Source of the DNA: Terriglobia bacterium
Lineage (GTDB): Bacteria > Acidobacteriota > Terriglobia > Bryobacterales > Bryobacteraceae
Assembly (NCBI GenBank): GCA_020073615.1
Contig: JAIQEX010000013.1
Location: 9,786-73,785 of the forward strand
DNA: 64,000 bases
Reading direction: 5' to 3'
Both the position numbers and the translations under genes were made by a program. Position 1 is the stretch's first letter; each line of letters opens with the position of its first letter. This document shows, one piece after another, positions 1 to 8,411 of the stretch. The notes below the pieces were generated by a model that saw only the letters and a program-made list of their open reading frames with translations, was not told where the DNA came from and made no database searches.

Positions 1-1
1 G

Positions 2-181
2 CACACGACGTTCGACTTATCGCTGGGCAAAGCGATCAGCGAGAGCTGGTCGGTCTCCGTAGTGGGATTGAATGTGGCCAACCGAAGGTTCCTGCTGGAC
101 AACAGCCTGACCTTCGGCGGCACCCACTACGCCGACCCGCGGCAGGTGTACGCGCAGGTGCGCTACCGGTTTCACTACTAG
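2..181 (+). CDS. C-terminal end of an outer-membrane beta-barrel (TonB-dependent-receptor-like) protein; 5' part lies outside the window
   Basis: Frame 2 is open from the window edge to TAG 179-181. It reads ...SWSVSVVGLNVANRRFLLDNSLTFGGTHYADPRQVYAQVRYRFHY*, with an alternating beta-strand pattern and a terminal aromatic residue typical of OM barrels. It is absent from the ORF track because it has no start codon in the window. Confidence 0.5.
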   Translation, partial: HTTFDLSLGKAISESWSVSVVGLNVANRRFLLDNSLTFGGTHYADPRQVYAQVRYRFHY

Positions 182-478
182 CCTTGGTGGATGTTTGATG
201 CTCGTTCCCAATTACGCTCTTGGTGTAACATCTTAACATCCTTTCTGTAAATTCGCGAGTGGGGGGCGGCGGCTTCATAAATAGCATTGAAGCTAGTTCC
301 GCCAAATTTCAGAAAGGGACTTGCTTTATCGAACTCTATCGAGATATGCTTCAAAAAAGATCTACATGGAGTTGTGGGTGAGCCTTAGCTCGTTTGATGG
401 CCGTTGCATTCGAAGCCGTGCCGTAGGAGAGAGTCGAATCAAGCTACCTTGTGTTTTCTGGTCTACCGAGGACATCTT

Positions 479-1729
479 ATGGCCGTTCAACGCGTTCCTC
501 TTTCTGGTTTCGACCGGGCACAATTCAACTGGAGCACGCAATTCAACGACCTTCGAAGTCCCAGTTCCTCTGGGGCCACTCGGCAAGAGAGAGACAAAAG
601 GCTGACGCGCGAGATCAAAACGCAAGCGCTATTCGAACGCCGTACGCTCATAAGAGATGCCGACGTTGTGAATAATCTTGAGCTGCTCAGTCTCATTGTC
701 ACGGACGCCGAAGGAGTCCAGATAGAGTTGTTAGGCGGCGGCCACCTGCTATGCCTGAGAAGCGGAGCTGAATCCTTTACCGAAGTCAATGAGACTGCAG
801 GTACGCGGCGGGCCTACCCTTCGAGATATCTCAAGCTGAGACGACTGATCAAGCTCCTGGACTTAACGCTGGCGGACAAGTGTGCACGCGTTTTAGAGGT
901 CGACAAACCGGGCACTGTCGACACCTTTCGAGCGAACCTGGAGCGGATCTGTCGTGCCCCCTTCTTGCCTGAGCCTGACAAGGAACTCCTCGGCAAAGCT
1001 ATGCAGAGGTCCGGCTTGGGTCTACGAGACCGGTTCTTGAGATTCGGCGACGTTTACGACTATCTCGTCCGTCACCGACGCTTGTCCCCACAGAGCGACC
1101 TGATTCAATGGTGCCGCGCCGCCCATACCCTTTCGGTTCCAAAGGAACTTGGCATCGCGCCTTCAACTCTGGACCAGGATTTCGCGCCAATGCAGGTCGC
1201 ATACGTCCTTGGCCACGATCAGGCGTGCGCGTTCAACGCTGCGCCGTGGCGTCACCTTTTTCCGAGAAGAATCATCAGCGACGAAGTGCTCGATGGGCTG
1301 GAATTCAAGACCATAATGCGCTTCAGGCATCTCGCCTCTGAGATCGGCTACTTCGACGCGGTAGAAACACTCCGAGCCTCCTTCGGCTCATCTTCCGGAG
1401 GGCCCTTTGTTTCATACCTGAAATGTCTCGACGAATACTTTCTCGCCATGAGGCTTGAGGCCAAGGTGGAGCTTTATGACTGGCAGGCTGAGTTGGCTCG
1501 TCGTTGCATGGAAACAGGTGCGCTCCAGGAACAAGCCTTGGCCTACGGGATTCCGGTGGTTCTGGCAAGTGCTTACTCGCTGATCACACAGGCGCCGTTC
1601 CCGATCAGCGAGGCTGTTGCCGTCGCTGCCGGAATAGAACTCCTCCGTGGCTTTTATCGGACAAGAAAGCCCAGATCGCCCGGGAGGTTGATGTCAGGCA
1701 CCACGGTGGTCCCTGTGCATCGGCCCTGA
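479..1729 (+). CDS. hypothetical protein, about 416 aa, no assignable domain
   Basis: ORF 404-1729. The ATG at 479 has GAGGA about 8 nt upstream, so it is preferred over 404. I see no P-loop, TM segment, signal peptide or other recognisable motif. It lies in a visibly AT-richer stretch (some 60-nt lines near 300-360 are about 37-50% GC). Confidence 0.5.
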   Translation: MAVQRVPLSGFDRAQFNWSTQFNDLRSPSSSGATRQERDKRLTREIKTQALFERRTLIRDADVVNNLELLSLIVTDAEGVQIELLGGGHLLCLRSGAESFTEVNETAGTRRAYPSRYLKLRRLIKLLDLTLADKCARVLEVDKPGTVDTFRANLERICRAPFLPEPDKELLGKAMQRSGLGLRDRFLRFGDVYDYLVRHRRLSPQSDLIQWCRAAHTLSVPKELGIAPSTLDQDFAPMQVAYVLGHDQACAFNAAPWRHLFPRRIISDEVLDGLEFKTIMRFRHLASEIGYFDAVETLRASFGSSSGGPFVSYLKCLDEYFLAMRLEAKVELYDWQAELARRCMETGALQEQALAYGIPVVLASAYSLITQAPFPISEAVAVAAGIELLRGFYRTRKPRSPGRLMSGTTVVPVHRP

Positions 1730-1865
1730 TCGCCCGACGACATTGTGGCGCGCTATCGGTTAATTGTCCGATATCCAGGTTCCCGCGATACATTGCATGG
1801 CACGGTTGCGGCTTTGCGGCGCTGGCCGGCGCGAGTGCCAGTCAATTCGATTGCCGTCCCGTGAA

Positions 1866-1894
1866 TTGACAAGTGTAAGGCTACGGGCTACGGT
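1866..1894 (+). promoter_or_regulatory. candidate sigma70-type promoter for higA
   Basis: TTGACA (1866-1871), a 17-nt spacer, then TACGGT (1889-1894). The ATG at 1908 would leave only about a 7-nt leader. Confidence 0.3.
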
Positions 1895-1907
1895 AGAGCG
1901 AGTGAAG

Positions 1908-2198
1908 ATGCTAAACCCGGTTCATCCCGGCCGCTTCTTGCGGACCGAGATTATCGAGGCCCACGACCTTTCCGTGACGGGTGCGGCGCGGATTCTTCGT
2001 GTATCCCGCCCCACCCTTTCCAGTCTCCTGAACGCCAGGGCCAATCTGTCCGGCGATATGGCACTGCGCTTCGAGAAGGCGTTCGGCGTCGATATGGATA
2101 CCCTCATGAGAATGCAGAATTCCTACGACATCGCGCGCACGCGCCGCCGCGAGAAGAAGATCCGCGTAGAACGCTACGTACCGCGGCCCGCGGCATAG
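1908..2198 (+). CDS. higA: HigA-family (XRE HTH) antitoxin
   Basis: MLNPVHPGRFLRTEIIEAHDLSVTGAARILRVSRPTLSSLLNARANLSGDMALRFEKAFGVDMDTLMRMQNSYD is the classic HigA/VapI antidote pattern. The internal ATG at 1908 of ORF 1764-2198 is chosen. Confidence 0.85.
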   Translation: MLNPVHPGRFLRTEIIEAHDLSVTGAARILRVSRPTLSSLLNARANLSGDMALRFEKAFGVDMDTLMRMQNSYDIARTRRREKKIRVERYVPRPAA

Positions 2199-2344
2199 GG
2201 GCCGGCCCCGAAGTTCTCTCCGGCCTCCCACGGAGGCGGCGAAGGGCTAATACACCCAGCGCCCGAAATGTTTTCGCGAAACGATTACCGGTTTGCCACG
2301 GAACTGTAACCGCCTCCGCGCCAAGCTGGTGGCGGGGGGAAGAA

Positions 2345-3457
2345 ATGCGCGAAGGCACGGTCCGGTTTCTGTGGCGCGAGCCGCGCTCCGCCGCAGGGTT
2401 CCACTCGGGAGTCTGTCTGCATGGTCACACCATGCACTCGCAGGAATGCCTTTCCTTCCTGCCGCAACATCTGCACCGCGTTCCCGGGATCTCGCAGGTC
2501 GTGAGCTACTACCAGCGCGGCCCGCGGCAAGTAGATTTCGCACGCGCGTGGTGGACGCCTCCGCTGTCCCCGGCCTCCGCGTTGCGGCTGGAGCGGGAAC
2601 AGATCGCCGGGCTGGGCCTGCGTCCCATGGTCTCGCTTACCGACCACGACGATGTGGAAGCCGGACTGGCCCTGGGAGTCGCCGCCGATCCCCGCGAGAC
2701 GCCGGTTTCGGTGGAATGGACCGTTCCCTACGAGCGATCCATCTTCCACCTGGGCGTGCACAATATCCCGCCGAGCGCGGCGCGCTCCTGGATGGACGCG
2801 ATGGCGGAGTACACCGCCGCGCCGCGCGAGGCTGCCTTGCCCGCCGTCCTGAGCGAGCTCACGCGGGTTCCCGGCGTGCTGGTCGTGCTCAATCACCCGT
2901 TCTGGCTCGAGGCCGGCGTTGACGGGGACGATCACCGCCGGGCGCTCGATCGCCTCTTGCGCCAATGTATCGGCTGGCTGGACGCCTTCGAATTGAACGG
3001 CACGCGGCGGTGGAGCGAGAACGCCGCTACCATCGCGCTGGCGCGGGCGCACGCGCGGCCGGCGATCTCCGGCGGCGATCGTCACGGCTGCGAGCCGGGC
3101 GCCTGCATCAATCTTACAAACGCCCGCAGCTTCGCCGAATTCGTGGCGGAGATCCGCGCCGGCAACAGCGCGATTCTGTTCCTGCCGCAGTACCGCGAAC
3201 CCCTGCCGCAGCGCGTCCTGGAAGCCATCCACGATATCCTGCGCACCTATCCCGAGTATCCCGGCCGGGAACGCTGGGCAGACCGCCTGTTCTACCGCTG
3301 CGAAGATGGCGTGGCGCGGACAGTCGCCCGGATCTGGCGGGGCCGCGAGCCACGGTTGCTGTCCTTCGCCGCCGCCGTGGTCCGGTATTTCGCCGGTGCC
3401 CGGTTCCGCCCGGCCATGCGCCTGCTTCTCTCCGAGCCGGGAGATCTGCATCCATGA
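2345..3457 (+). CDS. PHP-domain-like metal-dependent phosphoesterase
   Basis: An N-terminal 'CLHGHTMHS' (HxH) followed by 'SLTDHDD' resembles the PHP-domain metal ligands. The rest is unassigned. Confidence 0.5.
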   Translation: MREGTVRFLWREPRSAAGFHSGVCLHGHTMHSQECLSFLPQHLHRVPGISQVVSYYQRGPRQVDFARAWWTPPLSPASALRLEREQIAGLGLRPMVSLTDHDDVEAGLALGVAADPRETPVSVEWTVPYERSIFHLGVHNIPPSAARSWMDAMAEYTAAPREAALPAVLSELTRVPGVLVVLNHPFWLEAGVDGDDHRRALDRLLRQCIGWLDAFELNGTRRWSENAATIALARAHARPAISGGDRHGCEPGACINLTNARSFAEFVAEIRAGNSAILFLPQYREPLPQRVLEAIHDILRTYPEYPGRERWADRLFYRCEDGVARTVARIWRGREPRLLSFAAAVVRYFAGARFRPAMRLLLSEPGDLHP

Positions 3458-3491
3458 AGGGCGGGGCCTTGCGGTTTCAGGCTTCCGCCGC

Positions 3492-4637
3492 TCAGCCAGC
3501 TTCCGCGAGGATCTGGCGCAACATCGCCGGGATCTCGAACACCGCCACGTTCTGCGTCGCCGCCGCGCGCTCGCGGTACTTCGCGTAGTTGGCCGGCGCC
3601 AGCAGCGTGCGAATCGCCCCGGCGATGTCTCGCGAAAAGTCTCCGATTACGATTCCCGCGCCCAGTTGCTCGATCCACTCGGTGTTATAAAGTTCCTGCA
3701 CCATGGTCCACGAATTGCGCTGCACGATGACCGGCAGCCTCTTGGCGAGCGCCTCGCTGATGCTGCCGGGACCCGGCTTGCCGATGAAGAAATCGGACAT
3801 CTCCATGTAGAGCGGGATGTCGTGGGTGTAGCCTTCCACCAGCATCGGCATGCGCCCGTCCATGGAGCGCAACTCGGCCGCCACCGCCTCATTCTTCCCA
3901 CAGACCAGGATCAACTGGACGCCGCCCGCCTCCGCTTGGAGCGCTCTCGCTATGCGCACCATCTCGGTGGAGCCCTCGCCGCCGAACAGCACCAGGCCCA
4001 CGGGCACGTCCGGCCTGAGGCCGCGGCGCATGCGCTCGGCTGCCCGGTCGATCGGTAGCGGAGCGTAGAACTTCGGGTTCAGGATCATGCCCGACGATTG
4101 CAGGATGCGGCTCTCGGGGAGGCCGATGCGGCGCGCCTGCCCGGCGGCCCTGGGCGACCCGCAGATCACCCACTGGTCCATCGGCTCGATCCAGAAATGC
4201 GGCGGGTAGTCCGCGATATCGGTCAGCAGCGTGACGTACGGCGTCCCTGGCCAGGCTCGATCGAGCGCCTCCTTGAGCGCCCGGTTGTAATGCGGGATCA
4301 GCGATACCGCCAGCCCCGTCCGATGGCCTTTCCAATACTGTTCCAGCACCTTCACCTGGGCACCGTGGGAGGCGCGGATCAGCCCGTGCATCATGGGGAT
4401 GAGTTGCGCGGTTCCCAGCGTCCAGCCACGCCGCAGCATGATGTTGTACACATCCTGGAAGCGGATTCCCGTGAGCTTCCGGATGAAATCGATGGAATCC
4501 AGCAGGTCCTGAATGCAGACCATCTCCACATCCCACGGGCGCTGCTGCTGGCGCATCGCCTCGCTCAGCGACGCCGCCGCGGCGCGATGGCCGCCGCCGG
4601 AATCGATGTAGATCAGAGTGACCTTGGACGGCGTCAA
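3492..4637 (-). CDS. GT28-type glycosyltransferase (MGDG synthase / diacylglycerol glycosyltransferase-like)
   Basis: It has an N-terminal 'LIYIDSGGGHRAAA' G-loop. Its 381-aa GT-B layout with a C-terminal 'FIGKPGPGSISEALAKRLPVIV' matches MGDG-synthase/UgtP-like enzymes. Confidence 0.75.
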   Translation of the reverse strand: MTPSKVTLIYIDSGGGHRAAAASLSEAMRQQQRPWDVEMVCIQDLLDSIDFIRKLTGIRFQDVYNIMLRRGWTLGTAQLIPMMHGLIRASHGAQVKVLEQYWKGHRTGLAVSLIPHYNRALKEALDRAWPGTPYVTLLTDIADYPPHFWIEPMDQWVICGSPRAAGQARRIGLPESRILQSSGMILNPKFYAPLPIDRAAERMRRGLRPDVPVGLVLFGGEGSTEMVRIARALQAEAGGVQLILVCGKNEAVAAELRSMDGRMPMLVEGYTHDIPLYMEMSDFFIGKPGPGSISEALAKRLPVIVQRNSWTMVQELYNTEWIEQLGAGIVIGDFSRDIAGAIRTLLAPANYAKYRERAAATQNVAVFEIPAMLRQILAEAG

Positions 4638-4852
4638 TTCGCTCTCCGATTCTCAGCATCGCGCCGGCCCGTTTCACCGGCATAACAGCCGCGTGACTGG
4701 TCCGCGATACCGCGCGCCCCCACGCGCACATCCGATCAAGCACGCACCCTGCCAAAACGGTCTTCTTAACGATTGTTTTGCGCGGATGTCACGCAATTGT
4801 AGCGGCCCGGCAGTTACAAATGGCGTATGGCGCGTATGACGGAGGTGGCGGC

Positions 4853-5398
4853 ATGACGCTGGCGGCCTCGCTCGCGGCGTTCATCGTCCACCGCGACCAC
4901 AGCCTGATGCTTTCGGTGAACCGCTGGCCCGCCCCGCGCTGGATTCGCGCGTGGATGATCGCCGCCACGCGCGCGGGCGACGGCTGGCTGTGGTACGCCA
5001 TGGGCCTGGTGATTCTGCTTTTCGGCGGCGAACAGCGAGTGGCCGCGACGGGCGCCGCGGCCCTGGCCGCCGGACTGGGAATCGCCATCTTCCTACGCTT
5101 GAAGAAGGCCGCCGGCCGCAGGCGCCCCTGCGCTTTTCAGCCGCACTGCTGGGCCACCCTGCTGCCGCCCGACCAGTTCTCGTTTCCCTCGGGCCACACC
5201 ATCACGGCGTTCGCGGTGGCGGTTGCGCTCAGTCTCTTCTATCCGGAACTGGCCCTAGGCATGCTCTTCTGCGCCTTGAGCGTGGCGGCCTCGCGCATCC
5301 TGCTGGGCCTGCATTTTCTCAGCGACGTAGTGGCGGGCGCGGCCATCGGCGCCGGACTGGCGTACGGCTGCGTGTGGATCGTGCGCCTGGCCGTCTAA
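4853..5398 (+). CDS. PAP2-family phosphatase (membrane)
   Basis: All three PAP2 motifs are present: 'KKAAGRRRP', 'PSGHT' and 'SRILLGLHFLSDV'. The ATG at 4853 is preceded by GGAGGTGG. Confidence 0.8.
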   Translation: MTLAASLAAFIVHRDHSLMLSVNRWPAPRWIRAWMIAATRAGDGWLWYAMGLVILLFGGEQRVAATGAAALAAGLGIAIFLRLKKAAGRRRPCAFQPHCWATLLPPDQFSFPSGHTITAFAVAVALSLFYPELALGMLFCALSVAASRILLGLHFLSDVVAGAAIGAGLAYGCVWIVRLAV

Positions 5399-5557
5399 GT
5401 GGCCCGCCGAAAAGTCCGCCGCCGCACATTGTAAACAATCCCGCTTAAATCGAATCGTCACTCGCCCGTAAACGCGTTGCAACAGGGCGATGGCAAGCTT
5501 GTGCTTCAGCGCGCGGCCAGCCGCTGAAAATCACGTTCACAAAAAAGGAGATTCGAT

Positions 5558-7135
5558 TTGAAAAGCTCAGCTGACATTCGCTCCGCCGCGAAGCGCCTGT
5601 GCGCCTCGCTCTCGATTGCCGTCATCGCCCTCGGGCCGGTTCCCCTGCGCGCCGACGACCACCAGGCGCCGCCCGCGGCTACCGCCACGCCCATTCAACA
5701 CGTGGTCATCATCTTCCAGGAAAACGTATCCTTCGATCACTACTTCGCCACCTATCCCAACGCCGCCAACGACGCCGCGGGTGAACCACCGTTCACGCCG
5801 GCCTCCGGTACTCCGTCGGTCAACGGCTTGAGCGGCCCCTTGTTGACCGACAATCCGAATGCTCAGCCGCCCTTTCGCCTGACCCGCACGCAGGCCGTCA
5901 CCTGCGACCAGGATCACGGCTACACCGACGAACAGCGCGCCTTCAACAACGGGCTGATGAACCTGTTTGTGGAGTCGGTCGGCGTAGGCGCGCCCGGGTG
6001 CGCGGATTTCGGCCACGGTAAAGGACTGGTGATGGGTTACTACGACGGCAACACCACCACCGCGATATGGAACTACGCCCAGCATTTCGCCATGAGCGAT
6101 AATTCCTACGGCACCACCTTCGGGCCTTCCACGCCGGGCGCGTTGAACCTGGTCTCGGGCCAGACGCACGGCGCCACGCTCACCCAGGGAAACGCCAACA
6201 ACAACGTGGCCGCGGGCTCGGTGATCGGCGATCCACGGCCCTCGCTGGCGCTCGACGATTGCACCATACGCACGGCCGCCCAGATCACCATGACCGGCAC
6301 GAACGTGGGTGACCTGCTCAACGCCAAGGGGATCGCCTGGGGCTGGTTCCAGGGCGGCTTCCAGCCGAGCGGGCACAACCCCGACGGCACCGCTCTGTGC
6401 GCCACCGCGCACGCCAACGTTGCGGGCGCTTCCACCGCCGACTACATTCCCCACCACGCGCCGTTTCAATACTACCCGCAAACCGCCAACCCGCACCACC
6501 TGCCGCCCGTTTCGGTGGCCGCCATCGGCCATACCGACCAGGCCAACCACCAGTACGACATCGCCGCCTTTTTCGCCGCGCTGAACGCCGGCAACCTGCC
6601 CGCGGTGAGTTATCTGAAGGCCCCGGCGTTTGAAGATGGGCATGCGGGCTACTCCGATCCGCTCGACGAGCAGACGTTCCTGGTCAACACCATCAACGCG
6701 ATCATGCGGTCGCCCTTCTGGAAGAGCACCGCCATCTTCATCTCCTACGACGATTCCGACGGCTGGTACGACCACCAGATGGGACCGATCATGACGCAGT
6801 CGACCACCTCGGCCGATTTCCTGAGCGGGGCCGGCGCCTGCGGCAACGGCGGCGCCTTTCCTTTCCAGGGCCGCTGCGGCTATGGCCCGCGCCTCCCGCT
6901 GCTGGCCATCTCGCCCTTCGCCAAGAGCAATTTCGTGGACCATGGCGTGAGCGATCAATCCTCGATTCTGCGCTTCATCGAAGACAACTGGAATCTGGGC
7001 CGCATCGGCAACAGTTCAACCGACGCCATTGCCGGCTCGCTGATGAGCATGTTCGACTTCGGCCGCGAGGGCGGGGACAACAGCCGCACGCTGATTCTGG
7101 ACCCGGCGACGGGCACGCCGGTGCACGGGCACTGA
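5558..7135 (+). CDS. AcpA / phospholipase-C-family phosphoesterase, secreted
   Basis: TTG start with AAGGAG upstream. It has a signal-like N-terminus and 'IQHVVIIFQENVSFDHYFATYP', the hallmark of the phosphoesterase (PlcN/AcpA) family. The 525-aa size fits AcpA-type acid phosphatases. Confidence 0.8.
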   Translation: MKSSADIRSAAKRLCASLSIAVIALGPVPLRADDHQAPPAATATPIQHVVIIFQENVSFDHYFATYPNAANDAAGEPPFTPASGTPSVNGLSGPLLTDNPNAQPPFRLTRTQAVTCDQDHGYTDEQRAFNNGLMNLFVESVGVGAPGCADFGHGKGLVMGYYDGNTTTAIWNYAQHFAMSDNSYGTTFGPSTPGALNLVSGQTHGATLTQGNANNNVAAGSVIGDPRPSLALDDCTIRTAAQITMTGTNVGDLLNAKGIAWGWFQGGFQPSGHNPDGTALCATAHANVAGASTADYIPHHAPFQYYPQTANPHHLPPVSVAAIGHTDQANHQYDIAAFFAALNAGNLPAVSYLKAPAFEDGHAGYSDPLDEQTFLVNTINAIMRSPFWKSTAIFISYDDSDGWYDHQMGPIMTQSTTSADFLSGAGACGNGGAFPFQGRCGYGPRLPLLAISPFAKSNFVDHGVSDQSSILRFIEDNWNLGRIGNSSTDAIAGSLMSMFDFGREGGDNSRTLILDPATGTPVHGH

Positions 7136-7172
7136 AACTAGCGCCTACGGCGCGGGGGGCAGGCCCGGAGGC

Positions 7173-8411
7173 CTACCCCACTTTGATCCGCCGCCGCAGC
7201 AGGTCGAGCGCCATCTGCGTCGTGAATACGCGCACGCGGGTGCGGTCGCTCAGGAACCGGCGGTGCACCACCTGCGTCCCGGAGGCATCGGCGATGGCCA
7301 CGTAGGCGGTGCCCACCGGGGCCGATTCGCCTCCGGAATCGGGGCCGGCCACGCCCGTCACCGCCAGCGCGTAGGTGGAGCCGGTGCGGCGGCGCGCCCC
7401 CAGCGCCATGGCTTCGGCAATCTCCCGGCTGACCGCGCCGAACTCCGCCAGCATCTCGGGGGGCACGCCCAGCAACTCCACTTTCATGGCGTTGGTGTAA
7501 GTGATGAAGCCGCCGAGAAAGTAATCGGAGCTGCCCGCGGCCGCGGTGAAGCGCTCTCCGAGCATGCCGCCCGTGCAGCTTTCCGCTACCGATACGGTGG
7601 CGCGCTGCTTGCGCAGCAGATCGCCCACCACCACCTCGAGCGGGTCTCCGTTGCGCGAGTAGAGGCGGTCGCCCAGCAGCAGTTCCATGGGGCCGGCCAC
7701 TTCCGCCAGCAGCGCATCGGCCTGCGCTTCGGTGGCGCAGCGCGCGCGCAGGTGAATCTGAATGTCGCTGTTGGCGGCCAGGATGGTGGTGACCGGGTTT
7801 TCGTACTTCTTGTAGACCGGCGCGACGAGCTGGTCGAGATCCGATTCCGCCATGCCCGCCACGCGCAGGAACAGCGTGCGGATAGCCTGGTGGGGAACCA
7901 TGCGCGCCAGGCGCGGCAGGCACTGGCGTTCGAACATGGCCTTGAGCTCGTAGGGCGGGCCGGGGAGCAGCATGACCACGCGGCCGGATTCTTCCACCCA
8001 CTGGCCGGGCGCGGTGCCGCGGTCGTTGGGCAGCAGGGCGGCGCCTTCGATCAGGAACGCCTGGCGCTTGTTGACTTCGGCCATCTGGCGGCGCGCCTGC
8101 GCGAAACGCCGCGCCAGCGCCTCGGCGATCTCCGCGCGATAGACCAGCCGGCGATCGAGCGCCTGCGCCACCGCCTCGCGCGTGATGTCGTCTTCGGTGG
8201 GACCGAGGCCGCCGGAGAGGATCACGATGGCGGAGCGCGCGAAGGCGCGATGGACGGCGTCGGCCAGCCGCTCGCGATCGTCGCCGATCACGCACTTGGT
8301 GACCACTTCCACGCCCAGGTTGTTGAGCTCGCCGGTGAGAAAGAGCGAGTTGGTATCGACGCGCCCGCCCGACAGCATCTCCGAGCCGACCGCAATGATC
8401 TCCGCGTCCAT
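7173..8411 (-). CDS. cinA: CinA family protein (competence/damage-inducible; NMN amidohydrolase domain)
   Basis: 'MDAEIIAVGSEMLSGGRVDTNS...ILSGGLGPTEDDITREA' is the MoCF-type N-domain. The C-terminal 'SVAESCTGGML' is the CinA/PncC domain. Confidence 0.9.
   Translation of the reverse strand: MDAEIIAVGSEMLSGGRVDTNSLFLTGELNNLGVEVVTKCVIGDDRERLADAVHRAFARSAIVILSGGLGPTEDDITREAVAQALDRRLVYRAEIAEALARRFAQARRQMAEVNKRQAFLIEGAALLPNDRGTAPGQWVEESGRVVMLLPGPPYELKAMFERQCLPRLARMVPHQAIRTLFLRVAGMAESDLDQLVAPVYKKYENPVTTILAANSDIQIHLRARCATEAQADALLAEVAGPMELLLGDRLYSRNGDPLEVVVGDLLRKQRATVSVAESCTGGMLGERFTAAAGSSDYFLGGFITYTNAMKVELLGVPPEMLAEFGAVSREIAEAMALGARRRTGSTYALAVTGVAGPDSGGESAPVGTAYVAIADASGTQVVHRRFLSDRTRVRVFTTQMALDLLRRRIKVG

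Noticed and set aside
321-605. A small ORF (94 aa), and others in the AT-rich leader of the islet, might have been the missing HigB-like toxin.
   Set aside because: The translation has no RelE/HigB features and overlaps the preferred start region of the 416-aa ORF in another frame. Nothing in 1729-1908 encodes a peptide longer than 40 aa with a start codon.
2285-3451. Long ORFs antisense to, or out of frame with, the genes I called. Examples are 2285-3451(-), 5567-6958(-), 7138-8670(-), 12853-14025(-), 15791-16969(-), 18920-20221(-), 23501-24937(-), 28152-30914(-) and 42032-45103(+).
   Set aside because: Their translations are Arg/Gly/Ala/Pro-rich with no motifs. Each lies opposite a gene with clear family signatures. 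Such shadow ORFs are expected in DNA with more than 65% GC because stop codons are rare.
5399-5557. I looked for Pho-box-like direct repeats upstream of the AcpA/PLC-family gene (for example TCACgtTCAC at about 5533 and TGTAAACAAT at about 5431).
   Set aside because: No 7-4-7 or 11-bp-phased repeat convincingly matches known PhoB/PhoP consensus sequences. It is left as a test to run rather than a claim.
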